Notes: generated by a model from the letters alone, not told the origin. Numbered from the stretch's first letter, positions 12,263-26,849 are shown. The stretch is 64,000 nucleotides of DNA from the human T2T-CHM13v2.0 reference genome, Homo sapiens (GCF_009914755.1 NC_060925.1); one strand, 5' to 3'. A program made the numbers and translations.

Positions 12263-12329
12263 TGAGGTATAAGTATGGATTATGAAGAAGAAAGATTACT
12301 CCCTTTAATACATATGTATTACTTCATTA

Positions 12330-12468
12330 TACCATTACACTTTGTTATTTTCCAATTTTGTCATATAAAACAGGGTCATAAATCTTAGAGAAGTATTTTG
12401 CCTAGGCCACCCGGCTAATAAGTGACAGAGCCTGGATTTGAACCTAAGTTTGTCTCACTCTCAAAGCT
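12330..12468 (-). mobile_element. MIR fragment
   Basis: gctaataagtgacagagcctggatttgaacctaagtttgtct. Confidence 0.7.
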
Positions 12469-12597
12469 GTGTGTGTGTATATATAGCATATATGCATGTG
12501 TATGTACATATATACTTACATATATAAATATATATCCATATATGTAAATATACATATTTACATATATAAATATACATGTCTATGTAGGTATATATAG
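12469..12597. repeat. Degenerate (TA)/(TACA)n simple repeat
   Basis: Direct reading. Confidence 0.8.
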
Positions 12598-12751
12598 TTA
12601 CACAGATGGAGCTTTTAGTTTTCAATCATCTTGAGACCTCTTAGGATTGGAGATTCAGGCAATTTCATGCCACATACTCTTTAACAAGACACCAGTTGCT
12701 TGCTTCAAAGTCTATACATTATGTATTATTTGATATCTTTGCTTCAGATGG

Positions 12752-13156
12752 CATATTAGTTTGCTAGGGCTGCCATAATGATGTACCACAGACTGGGTGG
12801 CTTAAACAACAGACATTTATTTTCTCACAGTTCTGGAGGCCAGAGCCCAAGATCAAGGTGTTGGCAGGTTTGGTTTCTTCTGAGGTCTCTCTCCTTGGCT
12901 TGCAGATGGCTGCCTTCTTGCTGTATCCTCATATAGTCTTTCTTCTGTGTGCCTGCATCTCTGTAGTCTATGTGTACAAATTTCCTCTTTTTATAAGGAC
13001 ACCAGTCAGATTGGATTACAGCCCATTCTAACGGCTTCATGTTAACTTAATTACCTCTCTTAATTCCATATCTCCAAATATAGTCATATTTTGAGGTACT
13101 TGGAGATTAGGGCTTCAACATACAAATTTTTGGAGGTCATAATCCAGCTTATAACA
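12752..13156 (-). mobile_element. MaLR solo LTR, MLT1B
   Basis: tattagtttgctagggctgccataa...ggtggcttaaacaacag...ataaggacaccagtca...; TSD gatgg/aatgg. Confidence 0.88.
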
Positions 13157-13371
13157 AATGGGATAATATTAAAACATCAGAAATACCACCTAGGGAGTGG
13201 ATGGGGAAGAAGAGCTGAAAAAAAAAACAAAACCCTTATAGTGTTTCACCAAATCTCTGTTGTAGAAAAGAAAAGTAGAATGAATTAGTCAAGATCACAC
13301 AGGTATAATAGCCCATTGATACTATAGGCCATCATCCATACTAGGGTCTTCTAGATTTTGGCTGGAATAAT

Positions 13372-13520
13372 GTGTGTGGGATGTGTGTGTGTACTGGGGG
13401 AGGTATTTAGATGATTTAGATAGAGAAAATAGAATGGGATGTGTGTGTGTGTGTATGCGCGTGTGGGTGTGTGTATACTGGGGGAGATATTTAGATGATT
13501 TAGATGGAGAAAATAGAATG
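13372..13520. repeat. Imperfect two-copy tandem duplication with (TG)n spacer
   Basis: tactgggggag(g/a)tatttagatgatttagat(a/g)gagaaaatagaatg occurs twice, ~85 bp apart. Confidence 0.9.
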
Positions 13521-13647
13521 AATCAGGCAGGAGAGAAAGATGCCTTTCTGGATCATTTATTTGTATCTTATACTTAAAAATAAAAATACTCTTCTTTCTT
13601 TTGCTTCTCGAAACTCCAAGCAACAAAACTGCCAATTTTAATCTAGA

Positions 13648-13661
13648 CCACTCGGTGGCAG
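13648..13661 (+). promoter_or_regulatory. Candidate CTCF site
   Basis: CCACTCGGTGGCAG, one mismatch to CCASYAGRKGGCRS, in non-repeat DNA. Confidence 0.35.
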
Positions 13662-14327
13662 TAAAACAGAAATGTCTGCAAAGAAAGCAGAAATCCCTTC
13701 AGAATTATAATAAGTTTTATAGACCAAGACAACTGCAGTTGTAAAACATGGTGTATCAATTGGCATATTTGCTGATCAAATCTTTACAAGGTTCGAATAG
13801 GCTCATAAATACTGGTTTCTCTAGTTTGGCCTACTCATGCTTCATGCTTCTGTTTAGCATGACTTGGATGCTGGATATCTTGGAGGGATGGAAATCCAGC
13901 AAATTGTTGAAATATCAAAGCAATATGCCACTGCCAATTTGTTTTCCTGTGATTGAGGGAAAATATACGTACATGCTTCGATTAGAAGTACTACCCAAAC
14001 AAGCAGAATCTGCTGCATTCAAAGCTGAGCTCATTTCCCATGCACAGCATAGCCCAGGCTGGAGTTAACCAACAGCTAAATCATTTTGCTACTTGATTTT
14101 TATAAGTGAGTTCCAACTCGCTTACTATTCCCACAAGAGTCTGATTATGCAGGGATATTTTCATTTTTATAAGTGGTTATTGGCTGATGATAAAATCAGG
14201 CTTCATGATAAATACATAAAATTGTAGGGCAGGAGGTGACATCCAAACACACCTCTCATCAAAATGTTGGTCTCATGTGGTCGGTTGAAAAGAAGGCTGA
14301 AATGGTTTATGACTGTCAACATTGAAC

Positions 14328-14415
14328 AATGGGGAAACTGAGGTCTAGGTCTTCAGTGACTTGCCCAAGGACATCTGACTAGTAAGTGGCCTAGCTGGAC
14401 TGTGAAACCCCGTTG
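14328..14415 (-). mobile_element. MIR core fragment
   Basis: ggggaaactgagg...gtgacttgcccaagg...ctagtaagtggc. Confidence 0.75.
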
Positions 14416-14734
14416 TCCACAAAGTGTTGGATGGACTATAGAAGTGGTTACCTTTAGAGACTCATGAGAATGTTTGGCTACCAAAGCATGTTTAGCAGCT
14501 AAGCTCCTCTCTGCTTTGTTTTTGTAGATGGGCACACTGATCGTTTTGGAAACAAGGATGGAAGTCCTTGGAAAGATCGGCATTAATCATGTGGTAGCTG
14601 CTTATATTATTAGACAAGGATCTTATCTCTTGTCAATTAAGAGATTCATTCATGCTTTTCCCCCCAAGATTTCTATAGACTCTTTCTTTCTTACCAAATG
14701 TCTTTCATCTTCTTCCTCAAAGCTGGTTAATTGA

Positions 14735-14985
14735 TGCTCTTTGCTCAACCTAGAATTCTCTACCTTTTTGTTTTCACCTAGCTAAATTCTGTTGAGACTG
14801 AGTTTGACAGCACTTTTATATATTCCTCAAACACTCTTTCTAAGTACTTTCCCCAGGGAAGAACAGTCCTTTTTTATTATTGGTTGAATGTTCTTTCTAT
14901 ACAAGGCAGACACCGTATATTTTGTTAGTAGCATGTGCATGAAAGTGCTTGGCACATAGGAGATCCTTAGATAATTATTGTATGA
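14735..14985 (+). mobile_element. L2 3' end fragment
   Basis: ggcagacaccg...gtgcttggcacataggaga. Confidence 0.55.
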
Positions 14986-15229
14986 AAGAAGAGAGTGATC
15001 CTACCCTTTGCTTTTATACAATGTTACTTTTTTTGAAGAGCAATTATTTATTCAGGAATTCTAAATGATATAAAACATTTAATGTATACTATGCAGGATG
15101 TATCTTATTCCTTTATAATCATTTAAAATAACTGATTTTATTTTTAAGAAATACCTCTGTAATTATAAATGTATATATCATCTGTATATCTTTCAAGCCT
15201 ATGTAAACTTTATTGCTTATTTTGTTCTA

Positions 15230-15560
15230 CTAATAACTCTTAATCCTCTGCTATATGCCCAACACTATATTAGGTGTTTTTACAGATTGGTGTTAATCTT
15301 CAAATCTAAGCAATTCAAATGTAACTAGAGCTCAGAAAATAAATAACTTGTCATGTAGTCAAAATGTAGAAAATCTAGATTCACATCCAGACCTTCTTCC
15401 TCAGAAGTTCATGTATTTCCACTCTCTAGAAGTGAATGAGTCTCAGAGAGTGGCTTTGACATGCCTAAAGTAAGGCCATGCCAGAGCTGAGTGGTAGAAT
15501 GAATCTGGGATTTCTGGCTTTTACCTAGATGAGAATTCTCTTTTCTGCATCATACCTTCT
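15230..15560 (-). mobile_element. MIR fragments
   Basis: tatatgcccaacactatattagg...gctcagaaaataaataacttg. Confidence 0.6.
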
Positions 15561-16059
15561 TCTCTGTATGATGAGAAAAGAAGGTAAGAACTCATTTTCA
15601 TGCAGCTGGAATAATTTGGCAGATTTCAAGATTTCATGAGGCCCAGACTTTCCACTGGTTCTATTTACGTTGAGAGATGCATTCATTTGGCAACTGCCTG
15701 GGATCCATGTGAACAGCTGCTAACTTGTGGTGTCATATCAGCTCATAGATCTCTTGGTCCTCCTGACTTGAGCCGCTGCAGAAATTCAAGAATGGGAATT
15801 ACAGATTTTGTAATCCATTTCTTTTGTACATAAAAATGCATTTTCCTGCTCTTCCATCCCTTAGTGATTCTCTTCCTAAGCCATTTTGCTGTGCATTTGT
15901 CAAGGAAATTTGCCATGTTTCAATTTGAAGACAACTCGAGTAAGAGAAAGCTAAACCACAGAATGTATTGAAAAAATACACTAGAAACAGTTTAAAAATG
16001 GGAATGGCTGTATTTGCTCTGTAACAAGCGAGCATTTTAAAAATCAATAAGAAGAAGAA

Positions 16060-16625
16060 CAACTAATGGCAATAATGTCTTTCGTGACTCATAGGGATAT
16101 TTAAGAGTAAAATGATGTAATTGATGGCAAACACTTTGAAAAATAAAAGCACCATGCCGCACAAGATATTATGATTATTATACGATTGTCCTTAAGCACA
16201 GCTAAATGTGAGCCTCTGTCTCCCTCAGGACCAAACGTCACCATTGATCAGTTATTTGTACAATTCCCAGAGTGTAAAGGATGTGTGCAGGGCTCCAGGC
16301 TCTTCCGCTTGTTCTGATCTCTCCATGGGGGTGTTCAGTGGATGTGGCCAAGAGTAAGTCACAACCTCTTTGGGCTTTTGTTCCTATGCCTTTGAGATGA
16401 AAATTAGTATTATCAATAATGGCTACCCACAGAGAAGTTCTATGTCCAAGGCACAAAGCATCCTTGGTTGATTATTTCATTTAATGTTTACAATGGCTCT
16501 GCAAAGTGCGTTATTTATAGATCAGGAAAATGAAGCCCAGAGCAGTGAAATATCTAGGCCAAATCACACAGCTAGAATTTAATGAGGTGTCTGTAGAAAT
16601 CCACAATTCTTAACTTCAGGCACAC
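16060..16625. mobile_element. Cluster of MIR fragments (+, +, -)
   Basis: MIR core pieces such as gaaaatgaagcccagagcagtgaaa and agtaagtcacaacctctttgggc. Confidence 0.55.
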
Positions 16626-16629
16626 TCAG

Positions 16630-17161
16630 TGTAGTGGATTGTGTAGTCATAGATTTTACTCTCCAGTATGATTGTTTCTGTCCTGTCTTCTTTGGAGAAT
16701 TGCTCCTCCCCTGGAACACATGCCACAGTATTCTGATAGGGCTGCCAATTTCATGTACGGTACATGTGACTACATGGGAAAAATGTGACCAGGCTTAGTC
16801 AGTTACACAAATTCTCTTATTCTAGTCCTATTAATTGACTTGAGGGTTAGGGATAGGATGAAGTCTGGCCAATGAGAATCTGTGGGATTTATAGATGCAG
16901 AAGTGGAGACAAAGACTTGCTGTCTCCTATAGTGTTGCTAGCTAAGATTAGGTAAACCTCAAGGAGACTGTTTACAAAAGAAAGGATAAAGCCAAAGGCA
17001 AGAGATGGAGAGCACTCAGATTGCATCCTTTAAGCCCTAGCAACTTGTGAGGAGAGATCTGTTTCATCCTTCCTAGTTACTGGAGTCAGTAAATACGGTT
17101 TTTAAAGCTAATTTGAGTTAAGTTTTTGGCACTTGCAGCCAAAAAGTGTCTGATTAATAAA
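16630..17161 (+). mobile_element. Old MaLR LTR (MLT1J/K-like)
   Basis: tgtagtggattg...atgtgaccagg...ggccaatgagaatc...aagctaatttgagtt...cacttgcagccaaaa. Confidence 0.7.
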
Positions 17162-17599
17162 ATACATAACAAAGTACATTTATATATGTTATCTTCCTCG
17201 GTTCTCACAACAGTCTTATGCCCAATATTCTTATGAATAGCTCTTTCTAATAGAAATAAAATAAAAAACTAGCCAGTCTTGGGACACATTTGATATTCAT
17301 ACTCAGTGCCTGTGCCTCCAGAGATCTTGCATTTTACACAATACCTTGCTAGATATGGAAATACAGCCAGACCTAAAAGCTCATGTGGATGAGCTTTGAT
17401 CTTACTGCCAAACCGAGGTAGATAATCACTTGGAATAATTTCTTATTTATTTTGTATCATCCAAAAAAGAGTATTCTTGCTATATAGTTTTCTGATTATT
17501 AAGGCACATACATGTAAAAGTTCCAAACTTATTTTAATATTATCTTGATTTAAATCTAAAATATATTTTCCACTTTCATGCCTTCTTGAAAACATAACT

Positions 17600-17860
17600 C
17601 TAATCATGATTGTATTTTTATTTTGATGACCCAGCTCATAATTTCCTGTTATAACAGATAACACATTTACTGTGTTGCTAATTTAATTGGTTATCTTTCC
17701 ATTAGATTATAAAGTACATGAAAGTAGGCAGCATGCTGTCATCATCATCATAATAATGACAATAATAATAACATTAATAATAGTCCCTTTTGAATTCCTA
17801 GTTCTTAGACCAGTATGTGGTAACTGATAGATATTAACTAAAGGTTTGATTAATAAATGC
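17600..17860 (+). mobile_element. L2 3' end fragment
   Basis: ccattagattataaagtacatgaaagtagg...cttagaccagtatgtgg. Confidence 0.55.
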
Positions 17861-18079
17861 ATGTATAAGTGGACCTGAGTAATTATAAACAAACCTCAAT
17901 AATTATAATGTAATTCAATTACTAAGGTGTTAGAGGCTATGGAATTATGAAAGATTGGCCATTTAGCCTCAGGGTGCTAAGCTTTTTGTGTTTTAGTCTG
18001 CTTTTTAGAGTTGCTCATATTCCTCTCTCTTTTTTCAGATTCCAGATGTTCATACCAGTTTGCAATATGCAATGTGGGC

Positions 18080-18310
18080 CTGATTTAGGCAGTGAGTGGA
18101 AAGGGAAGACAGGTCTCAGTATCCAACAGATTCTGGTTCTGCCCCTTAATATCTGTATGACCTTGAACACACCCCTTAACATCTCTCTACATCACTGTCT
18201 TCCTCTGAAACATGAGAACCAATAAGCTACCCCATAGACATGTGATGAGGATTCATTGAGATAGGCCATAAAAATCACCCAGTAGGTGAGCAACAAACAT
18301 GTTTTTAATA
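18080..18310 (+). mobile_element. MIR
   Basis: ttctggttctgccccttaatatctgtatgaccttgaac...gtgatgaggattcattgagat. Confidence 0.8.
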
Positions 18311-21300
18311 AGAATTTTCAGAAGGGCAGGAAACTGAATACCTGAAAAGAGGTATGTGAAATCTTGAATACTGGCTTCATGAAAGATGTGCATGGGGGGG
18401 ATAAAGATGTCACACAGAGGGGTCTTCAGTGTGATCTTGGATACTACAGGTGTCAGAATAGGGAGATCTTTCTCAATGGTGGAAAGAAACTTTTAAGGTT
18501 TGCTTTGAAAGCAAAGGGACATTTTTCTTTAGTTACTAGCACTGAGCACATAGACAAATATGATTTTAGAGCCCCATTGTCTTCACCTGCAAGTTCAAAC
18601 CCTGAAAACATTTCTCCTAGTGACCCATTTCCAGACTGCTGTGTAGGAAACCACGTTGTTGTATTATGTTTTACTGCTTTTCCTTTATCAAGTGACAACT
18701 TCACTGTTCATCAGAGATAAAGGAAGATAAATATTAAGAAACAAATTTGAGAAGTGGGAGAGCCTTAGGTCTTGTTATTTATTTAGCCTTGCATATGTCT
18801 ACATAGATAACAACTGACAATTGTGTTAGCAGTAGAGGATGGAAGTTAAAAATATGGTCTGGAAGTCTAACTGAAGAAAAACCCAGAGCCTGATACTTAG
18901 GAGTTATTGGACTGCTGAAATTTTATATTTTGTGTGCAAGTACAGGTTATGTCAGTGAATCTGATAGCTAGCATAGCAGAGACTGCTCAAGGTGTATACA
19001 TCCTTGGCTGTATTGGCAGTTTCTGGTTCTATTTCCCTCTTTTATTTCCTTTCGACCTGTCTTTCAGTCCTCCTTGTATATTTCTTTTTCTCTTTCCTTC
19101 TTTACCAAACATATTTTGAGAATCAATCACATCCCTACACTTGAGCAATCAAAACTTGTTTACAGTACTGTCACATATATTCATTTTGTTTCTACATAGT
19201 TTTCATTTTGCCAAACATATTAGTATACACTTATTTTGTTTTATTTTAATACATGTTATTACATATAATATATACACAGAAACATGTACACATCACAAGT
19301 GAAGAATAATTTTCAAAAAGTACAATGCACCTATGTAACTAGCAGCAGGACCAAGAACGAAGAGCATTTCCTGTATACTCCTTGTGCTGCATCCTAGTCA
19401 AAGGTCACTGCTCTTCTGAGTTCCAACAGCTTGAATTGGTTTTGCCTGTTTTTGAAATTGAATAAGTGGAATTGCCTATTGTATACTTTTAGGTAAGGTT
19501 TATTTTACTCAGTTATGTTTGTAAGATTACTCGGGTTGTTGCATGTGGTATAGTTTGTTCTTTATTGTTGCTGTATTCAATTTTTTATCCATTCTCCTGT
19601 TAAAAAGCATTTGGGTTATTTCCAGTTTTTTTGGGATCTATAAATTATTGTGTTTGTTTTTCGATATACAGATAAAACAGAAACACATTTCTGTTGGCTG
19701 TATGCTTAGGAGCTGAATTGCTGGGTCATAGAGTACCTGTTTTGTTGGCTTTGTTAGATACTGCCTATGGGTTTTTCAGAGTAGTTCAAATAACTTACTC
19801 TCTCCCCAGCAGGTAGAAGGTAGCTCCACATACTCAACAAAGTTTGGTAAGGTCAGAAATTTTATACCTAGTCTATTGGATGTGTAATGTACTGTTTTTG
19901 TTATTTTAATTTGCATTTTTAAATGTTTAATGAAGTTGAGTACCTTTTCATATGCTTATTGGCTATTTGGACATCTTTTGTGAAATGCCTATTTTGATTG
20001 TGCCTCTTTCTTCTTGATTTGTAGTTTATTATTATTATTTTTTAATCTGGATATGGATTCTTTGCTATATATATGTCAAATATATTCTCCTACTCTGTAA
20101 CTTGACTTTTTCTTTTTTAAATTAATTATTTATTTTATTTTTTCCTTACCCATAGCCCCCTGATTTGACTTTCCACTCTTTAAATACTCTTTTGGTATAT
20201 AAGAGTTACTAATTTTTATATAATTTATAATTTCTGTTATTGATTTTGTACTGTTTAATAAATCTGTGTTTCTTACCCTAAGATCATAAAAGTATATTCT
20301 TTTGTTTTCTTCTAGAAGCTTTAATGTTCTACATTTTCATATTTAGATCTGTATTTCACTGATAATTAGTTTTTGTTGCTTCTTGTTCAGAAACAATTGA
20401 GATTTACATTTTTCAATAATAATTTCCAATTGAGTCAGTAGCATTTATTGCAAAGATCATTATTTTTAAACTACACTTCAGAGAAATAACTGTCAAAATC
20501 AATTGACCATATATTATATTTTTGAACTCGCTCTTCTGTTCTAATTATGTATCTATCAACACACCAATACTTCAATGTCTTAATTAATGTAGACATACAC
20601 AAGTTTTGAAAACTCATGGGTAAATCTCCCAGTATTGTCTTTTTTCACAATTGTCTTTGCTATTCTTAACCTTTTGCATTTCAACACAAATTTTAGAATC
20701 AGATGGTCTTTTTTTCACAAAACAAATTAATAATTTTTGCTGGGGATGTTGAGTGAGATAGCATGAAATCAATAGATCAATTTTGAGGGAAATTAACATT
20801 TTTATAGTATGAGTTGTTAAATCCATGAACATGGTATATCCCTCCATTTATTTTGATTTTCTTTAATTTGTCTCAGTAACATTTCACAGTTGTGACTGTG
20901 AAAGTCTTGCCTCTTTCATTAATTTTTTTCCTAGGTATTTTGTGTCTTTGATGTTATTGTAAATGATAGTATTTTCTAAAATTTTACTTTCCATTTACTA
21001 CTGTTACATGAAAACTATTATGTAATTAATTAATATCAATCTCACTTGTTTCACTTGCTAGTTCTATTTGTATATTCTTTTAGATTGCCTATTGCATACA
21101 ATCACGATACATGTAAGGGCATTTTAATTTCCTCTATAGCAATTCTTACTTCTAATTTTTTTCTTGCATTATTGTACCAGCCAAGTCAACAAGTACAATA
21201 TTAAATACAAATGGTAATATCAGGTATCCTTGTTTCATTCACAATTTTAGGGAGAAAGTTTTCAGTATTTCACTCTTAAGTATGATATTTGATATAAGTA

Positions 21301-22189
21301 TTTAAAAAATATTATTTGTCCCATTAAGAAAGTTCACCCTATTCCAAGTTTGCTAGGAGTTTTTAGAATAGAATGTTGAATTTTATCAAATGCTTTCCTC
21401 TGTTGAGATTACCATATGATTTTATTTTTTATTTCATTAATGTGCTGACTTAAATTGATTGAACTAAAAAAAACCCTACTTGGCTTTGTTGTATTATCAT
21501 TTTTGCATAACATTGGATTGGGCTTGTTAATATTTTATTTATGATTTTTATATGATCTTGAGAGAGATTGCTCTGACAATAATACCTTTGCCAAGTTGTT
21601 GTATCAGGGTTATTCTGGCCTTATAAAGTTAACTCACCTTTTCTGTGTCTAGAAAAATTTGTAGAAGATTGATAATATTTAATTCTTAAATATGTGGAAG
21701 AACTAACCAGTGAAGCTATCTGAGCCTAGAGATTAATGGAATGCTTTAAATTAGAGATTTAACTTTTTTTTAATAAATATAGATTATTTTCTACTTATTC
21801 TTTTGTCAAAAGAGTGTAGGAGTTTTTAGAAAATAAATTTGGCAATTTTATTTAAACTTTAACATTTATTGCCATAAAGTTATTCATAATATCCTCTCAT
21901 TATCTATCTTTTCAAAAAGTATGCTTTTTAAAAAAGGGTAAAAAATGTATGTTGTAATATACTCTTTTTTATAACTAGTTATCCTCTTTCTCTCTCTCTT
22001 TGATCAGTCTTGCTAGATGTTTATTCATTTTTAATCTAATCATTTTTGCTTTATTTTCTCTATTGTATTTTTTCATTTCGTTATTTTCTGCTCTTTTTTT
22101 TAAATCTCCTTCCTTTTACTTCTTGAATTAATTACTTATATCACTGAGTTTCGGCCTTTTAAAATTTCTTTTCTAATATGTGCATTTAA

Positions 22190-23035
<846 letters not shown>

Positions 23036-23789
23036 GGATACACATTTTCATCTAAGCCTAATTTAGCAGCATCCTGCAAATTTTGTATATTATGTTTTAT
23101 TATAATTCAATACAAAATATTTTCTAATTTCATTTGTGACTTATTCTTTGACACAATGGCCATTTAGAAATATTTTGCATCATTTCTAGTTTTAGGGGTT
23201 TTCTATTTAGTCTTTTTGTTATTGATTTCTAGGTATAAAACAGTGACATCAGAGGAGATATTCTGTATGACTCTAATTGTTTGGAAGTTGTTGAGATGTG
23301 TTTATGGTCTAACATATTGCCAAGTTTGATAAATGTTCTATGTACACTTAAAAAGAAGGTGTATTCTGTCATTGCTTTCACTTGCAGTGAACTAATTTGT
23401 CAATTAGTTCCAATGTGTTATTTGTGTTATTCAAATCTTAATCTTTTCTTACTGATATTTTTGTCAGGCAATACGTCAATTATTAAGAGAGTTCTGTTAA
23501 TATTTCTATGATTGTAGATTTATTTCTCCTTTTACTTGTGTCAATTTATATTTCATACATTGTGAAGCTATGCAGTTGAGTTCATTTTAGTAAGCGCAAA
23601 TTATTTCCTTATTTCATGAAATAGACTTTTAAATTTTTATCAATGTGTTTGCCTTAAAGCCTACATTGTCTGACTTTGGCATGACTACATAAATTTTTTT
23701 TTAATGTTTGCATCATATATTTTTAAAAATTGTGGCAGTAGCTACTTAGCACTTACTCTTCTAGAGTGCCAAAGCATTCTACTGAGTGC

Positions 23790-24170
23790 TTATGAAGGCA
23801 CCTTGTACAGTTTTCTTTTAATTGACTTGTGGAGCAGGCAGGAAGTGTGGGGAAGTTAGTAGTTCTCCAGGTGCAGTCTTCCACCACTGAGGTATGGAAG
23901 TTTCGAGATAAATACCCCAGCTTCCTAATGTCTCAGCTGAGATAACTGTGTTATACATTTTATATCACCTCTCAGTTGTCTATCGCAGAATTCAATTACA
24001 GTAGCCTGAAGAATTAAACTGTTCATTAGTGCATCCTGTATTCCTTCCTTTCTCTGTCTGATTTTTCCAGTCCCCTGCATATGATCCTGGCATAACCTAA
24101 TATTTAACTATAATATTTGCACTCAAATTCTTGTGTCAGAGTCTGCGTCTCTGGAATTCCAGCATAAGAA
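23790..24170 (+). mobile_element. ERVL LTR16-family LTR nested in L1
   Basis: gcaggcaggaagtgtggggaag...gataaataccccagcttcct...ttgcactcaaattcttgtgtcagagtctgc. Confidence 0.75.
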
Positions 24171-24809
24171 GCCATCCTTTTACTCATCATCTGTCTATGT
24201 CTTTACATTTAAAGAGTGTTTCTTACAAGGAGCACGTTGTTACATTTTGTTTCATCGAATTTAACAATCTTTGTTTTTAATTGAAATGTTTAGTCCAATT
24301 ATATTTAATGCATTTACTAGTATATTTGTTTGTTCCACTTTCTCTATCATGTTTATTATTTTACTATTTTGACTCAATTAACTGATTAGTTATTCATTAT
24401 TTTATCAGGCTTTTAGTGGATATCCTAGAAATTACAACAAAAATTCTTAACTAATTATGGTATAATATAAATTAGTATTTTACTAGTTTCTGGACATTGC
24501 TAAGATTTAGAACATTTATATCATGTTTGCTGTCTTTCTGATGTTTTTGGTGTGAAGCAATATAACATATACATTTTAGATTTCACATAACATTATTACT
24601 GTCTTGTAAAGATAATATTTATTTAGGTTTATCTACTTATATAACTTTTTTCATCACCCTTAATTCTTTCCTACATTTTCATTTCATTGTTCGAGATGAT
24701 TTTCCTGCTGTCTGAAGAACTACTTTTAGCATTTCTTACAGGGGTTTTACTGACAAAAAATTTTCTAAGGGTTTGTTTCTTTGCTTGTATTTTTGCTTTG
24801 CTTTTTTCT

Positions 24810-25270
24810 TCTTTATGTAAGTAATATTGAGGATTAAGTTACATTCAGGAGCACAAATTTTAAGTGTTCAACTTGAATTTTTACACGTGTGTTACTGAAG
24901 TCAAGGTTTCAAACATACATAGCACTCCAGTAAGCCCCCTCATACTTCCCACAGAAGTAGCTACTATTCTGTATTCTCCTACCATAAGTTAGTTTTGTCT
25001 GTTCTTGAACTTCATATAAGTGGAGTCATGTAATACGTACTTTTGTTTCTGGCTAGGACTGTGATATCCATCTATATTTTATAAATAGTGGTAGTTTATT
25101 TTTCTTTCTTGCAGTGAGGTATCTCACCATACAAATATAAAACAATTTACTTATTTATTCTGTTATTGATAGACACTGGTTGGTTTTCAATTTTGGCTAT
25201 TAAAAAGAAACTTGTGATAACTATTCTTGTACATATTTTTTGGTAGGAAATAAATAGTTATTTCTGTGGG
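24810..25270 (-). mobile_element. Second L1ME 3' end nested in the long L1
   Basis: New 3' end: cacaaattttaagtgttcaac...ttagttttgtctgttcttgaacttcatataagtggagtcat. Confidence 0.7.
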
Positions 25271-26294
25271 TACCAAGGATAGCTTTCATCTTAAGTGGAT
25301 TTTTTTACTGATTTTACATTTGGGGATTGATAGCTATTTCCCTTCAGTACCTTAACAATAACATCTCTATAGTCCTAAAGCTTCTACAGTTTCTGAAAAA
25401 CCAGCCATCAGACTTACTGATTCTTTGAAAGTAAACGTGTTTTTTCTTCTTGCTGATTTCAAAATGTTTTTGGTTTCAGATTTTAGTAGTTTTGCTATGA
25501 TATGCCTAGGTGTGGTTTTCTTTGTATAAATACTGGTTTAATCTGAGGCTTAATGTCTTTTATAAATTTTTGGCAATTTTCAGCTGTAACTTTCAAATAT
25601 TGCCTTTGACTCTCTCTCTCTGCTCCCTTTATATGACTCTAATTATATATACATATATAGAGAGAACTATATATAATTTATATTGCAATATGAATTAGAC
25701 CTTTTAATTATCTCTCATATATCTCTCATATTTTCTGAATTTTCCAGCTACTTTGCTCTTCTTTCTTTGGCTTGAATTAGTTTCTGTTGACCTAATTCCT
25801 GGTTAACTGTTGAGTCCATATTGAATTCTTAATTTATATTATTATATTTCTTAGCCATAGAATTTAATTTTTTTTATAGGTCCCTGTTCTCTGATTGCAT
25901 TCTCTATCTTGTCATCTATTTGTCTGAAACATATTACTCACAGTTATTTTCAAGTTTATGTCTGATAACTCCCCAAACTAGGTCATCTCTGGTTCTTTTC
26001 TATTATTTTTATTTTTCTCTGAGTCTTGCCTGTTGATTTGTCTGGCATGTTTAATTGAATGCCAGACACTGTGTATGGGAATTTATAGAATCTCTGAGTG
26101 ATGTCATTTTCCTCCAGAGTGAGTTCCCCATATCCCCAAGACTGTAAATAGAGGACAGATCACTTTAATACAGTCTAGGACTGGGGGATGACTAGAAGCT
26201 AGGTCGTGACTTCAGAAAGCTACCATTTGCCTCTGGTTCATCCCATATCTATAGTGTAGCCTCCCAGGACATTATTTATTTGATTTTTACATCA

Positions 26295-26836
26295 TATCAG
26301 ATAGGATTTCTTTGTTGCAAGTAAAAAAAAAAGTAGCTTAAACACAGTAAGTTTATCATAGAGAGATAGGGTGGTTCTTGGGCTATTAACTCATAGACTC
26401 AGCCTGTCATTGAGCAACTGATCTACGCTGACTTCTCTGAAGTTATCTTGGCTTTATTTTCATGACTCTTACTTGGCTGCTGTAGTTTCAGGTGTCCCAT
26501 GTGGCTGACTATATCCTGAGGAAGGAAAGTGAAGTTTATCTTCAGGGGGCTCTATGTGAGAGTGAATAATCCATTTGTTAGATACTTCCTTCCCCCAAAG
26601 CCTTGCTTTCATGTGCCTCTTTGTCCAGAAGTTTGTCACATACCAATGCGTAGACCAGATTCTGTCAGAGGAAGTGGAATGACCATGTTTGGCTTAGACC
26701 GATCATGATTTTCCACTTAGGCTTGGGGAGGATTCATTTCTCTGAACACATAGCTAGGGCACATATGAATATGAATACCTAGGCAAAATTGGGGCTTGAT
26801 GAACTAAGAAAGAGGGAATAATAGGTATCTGTCACA
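26295..26836 (-). mobile_element. MaLR LTR, MLT1J-like
   Basis: aggatttctttgttgcaagt...tggctgctgtagtttcagg...ggcttagaccgatcatgatt...tctgtcaca. Confidence 0.75.
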
Positions 26837-26849
26837 AAGTGAAATAGCT

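Noticed and set aside
13748-14068. 106-aa ATG ORF in unique DNA
   Set aside because: No recognisable domain, promoter or splice support
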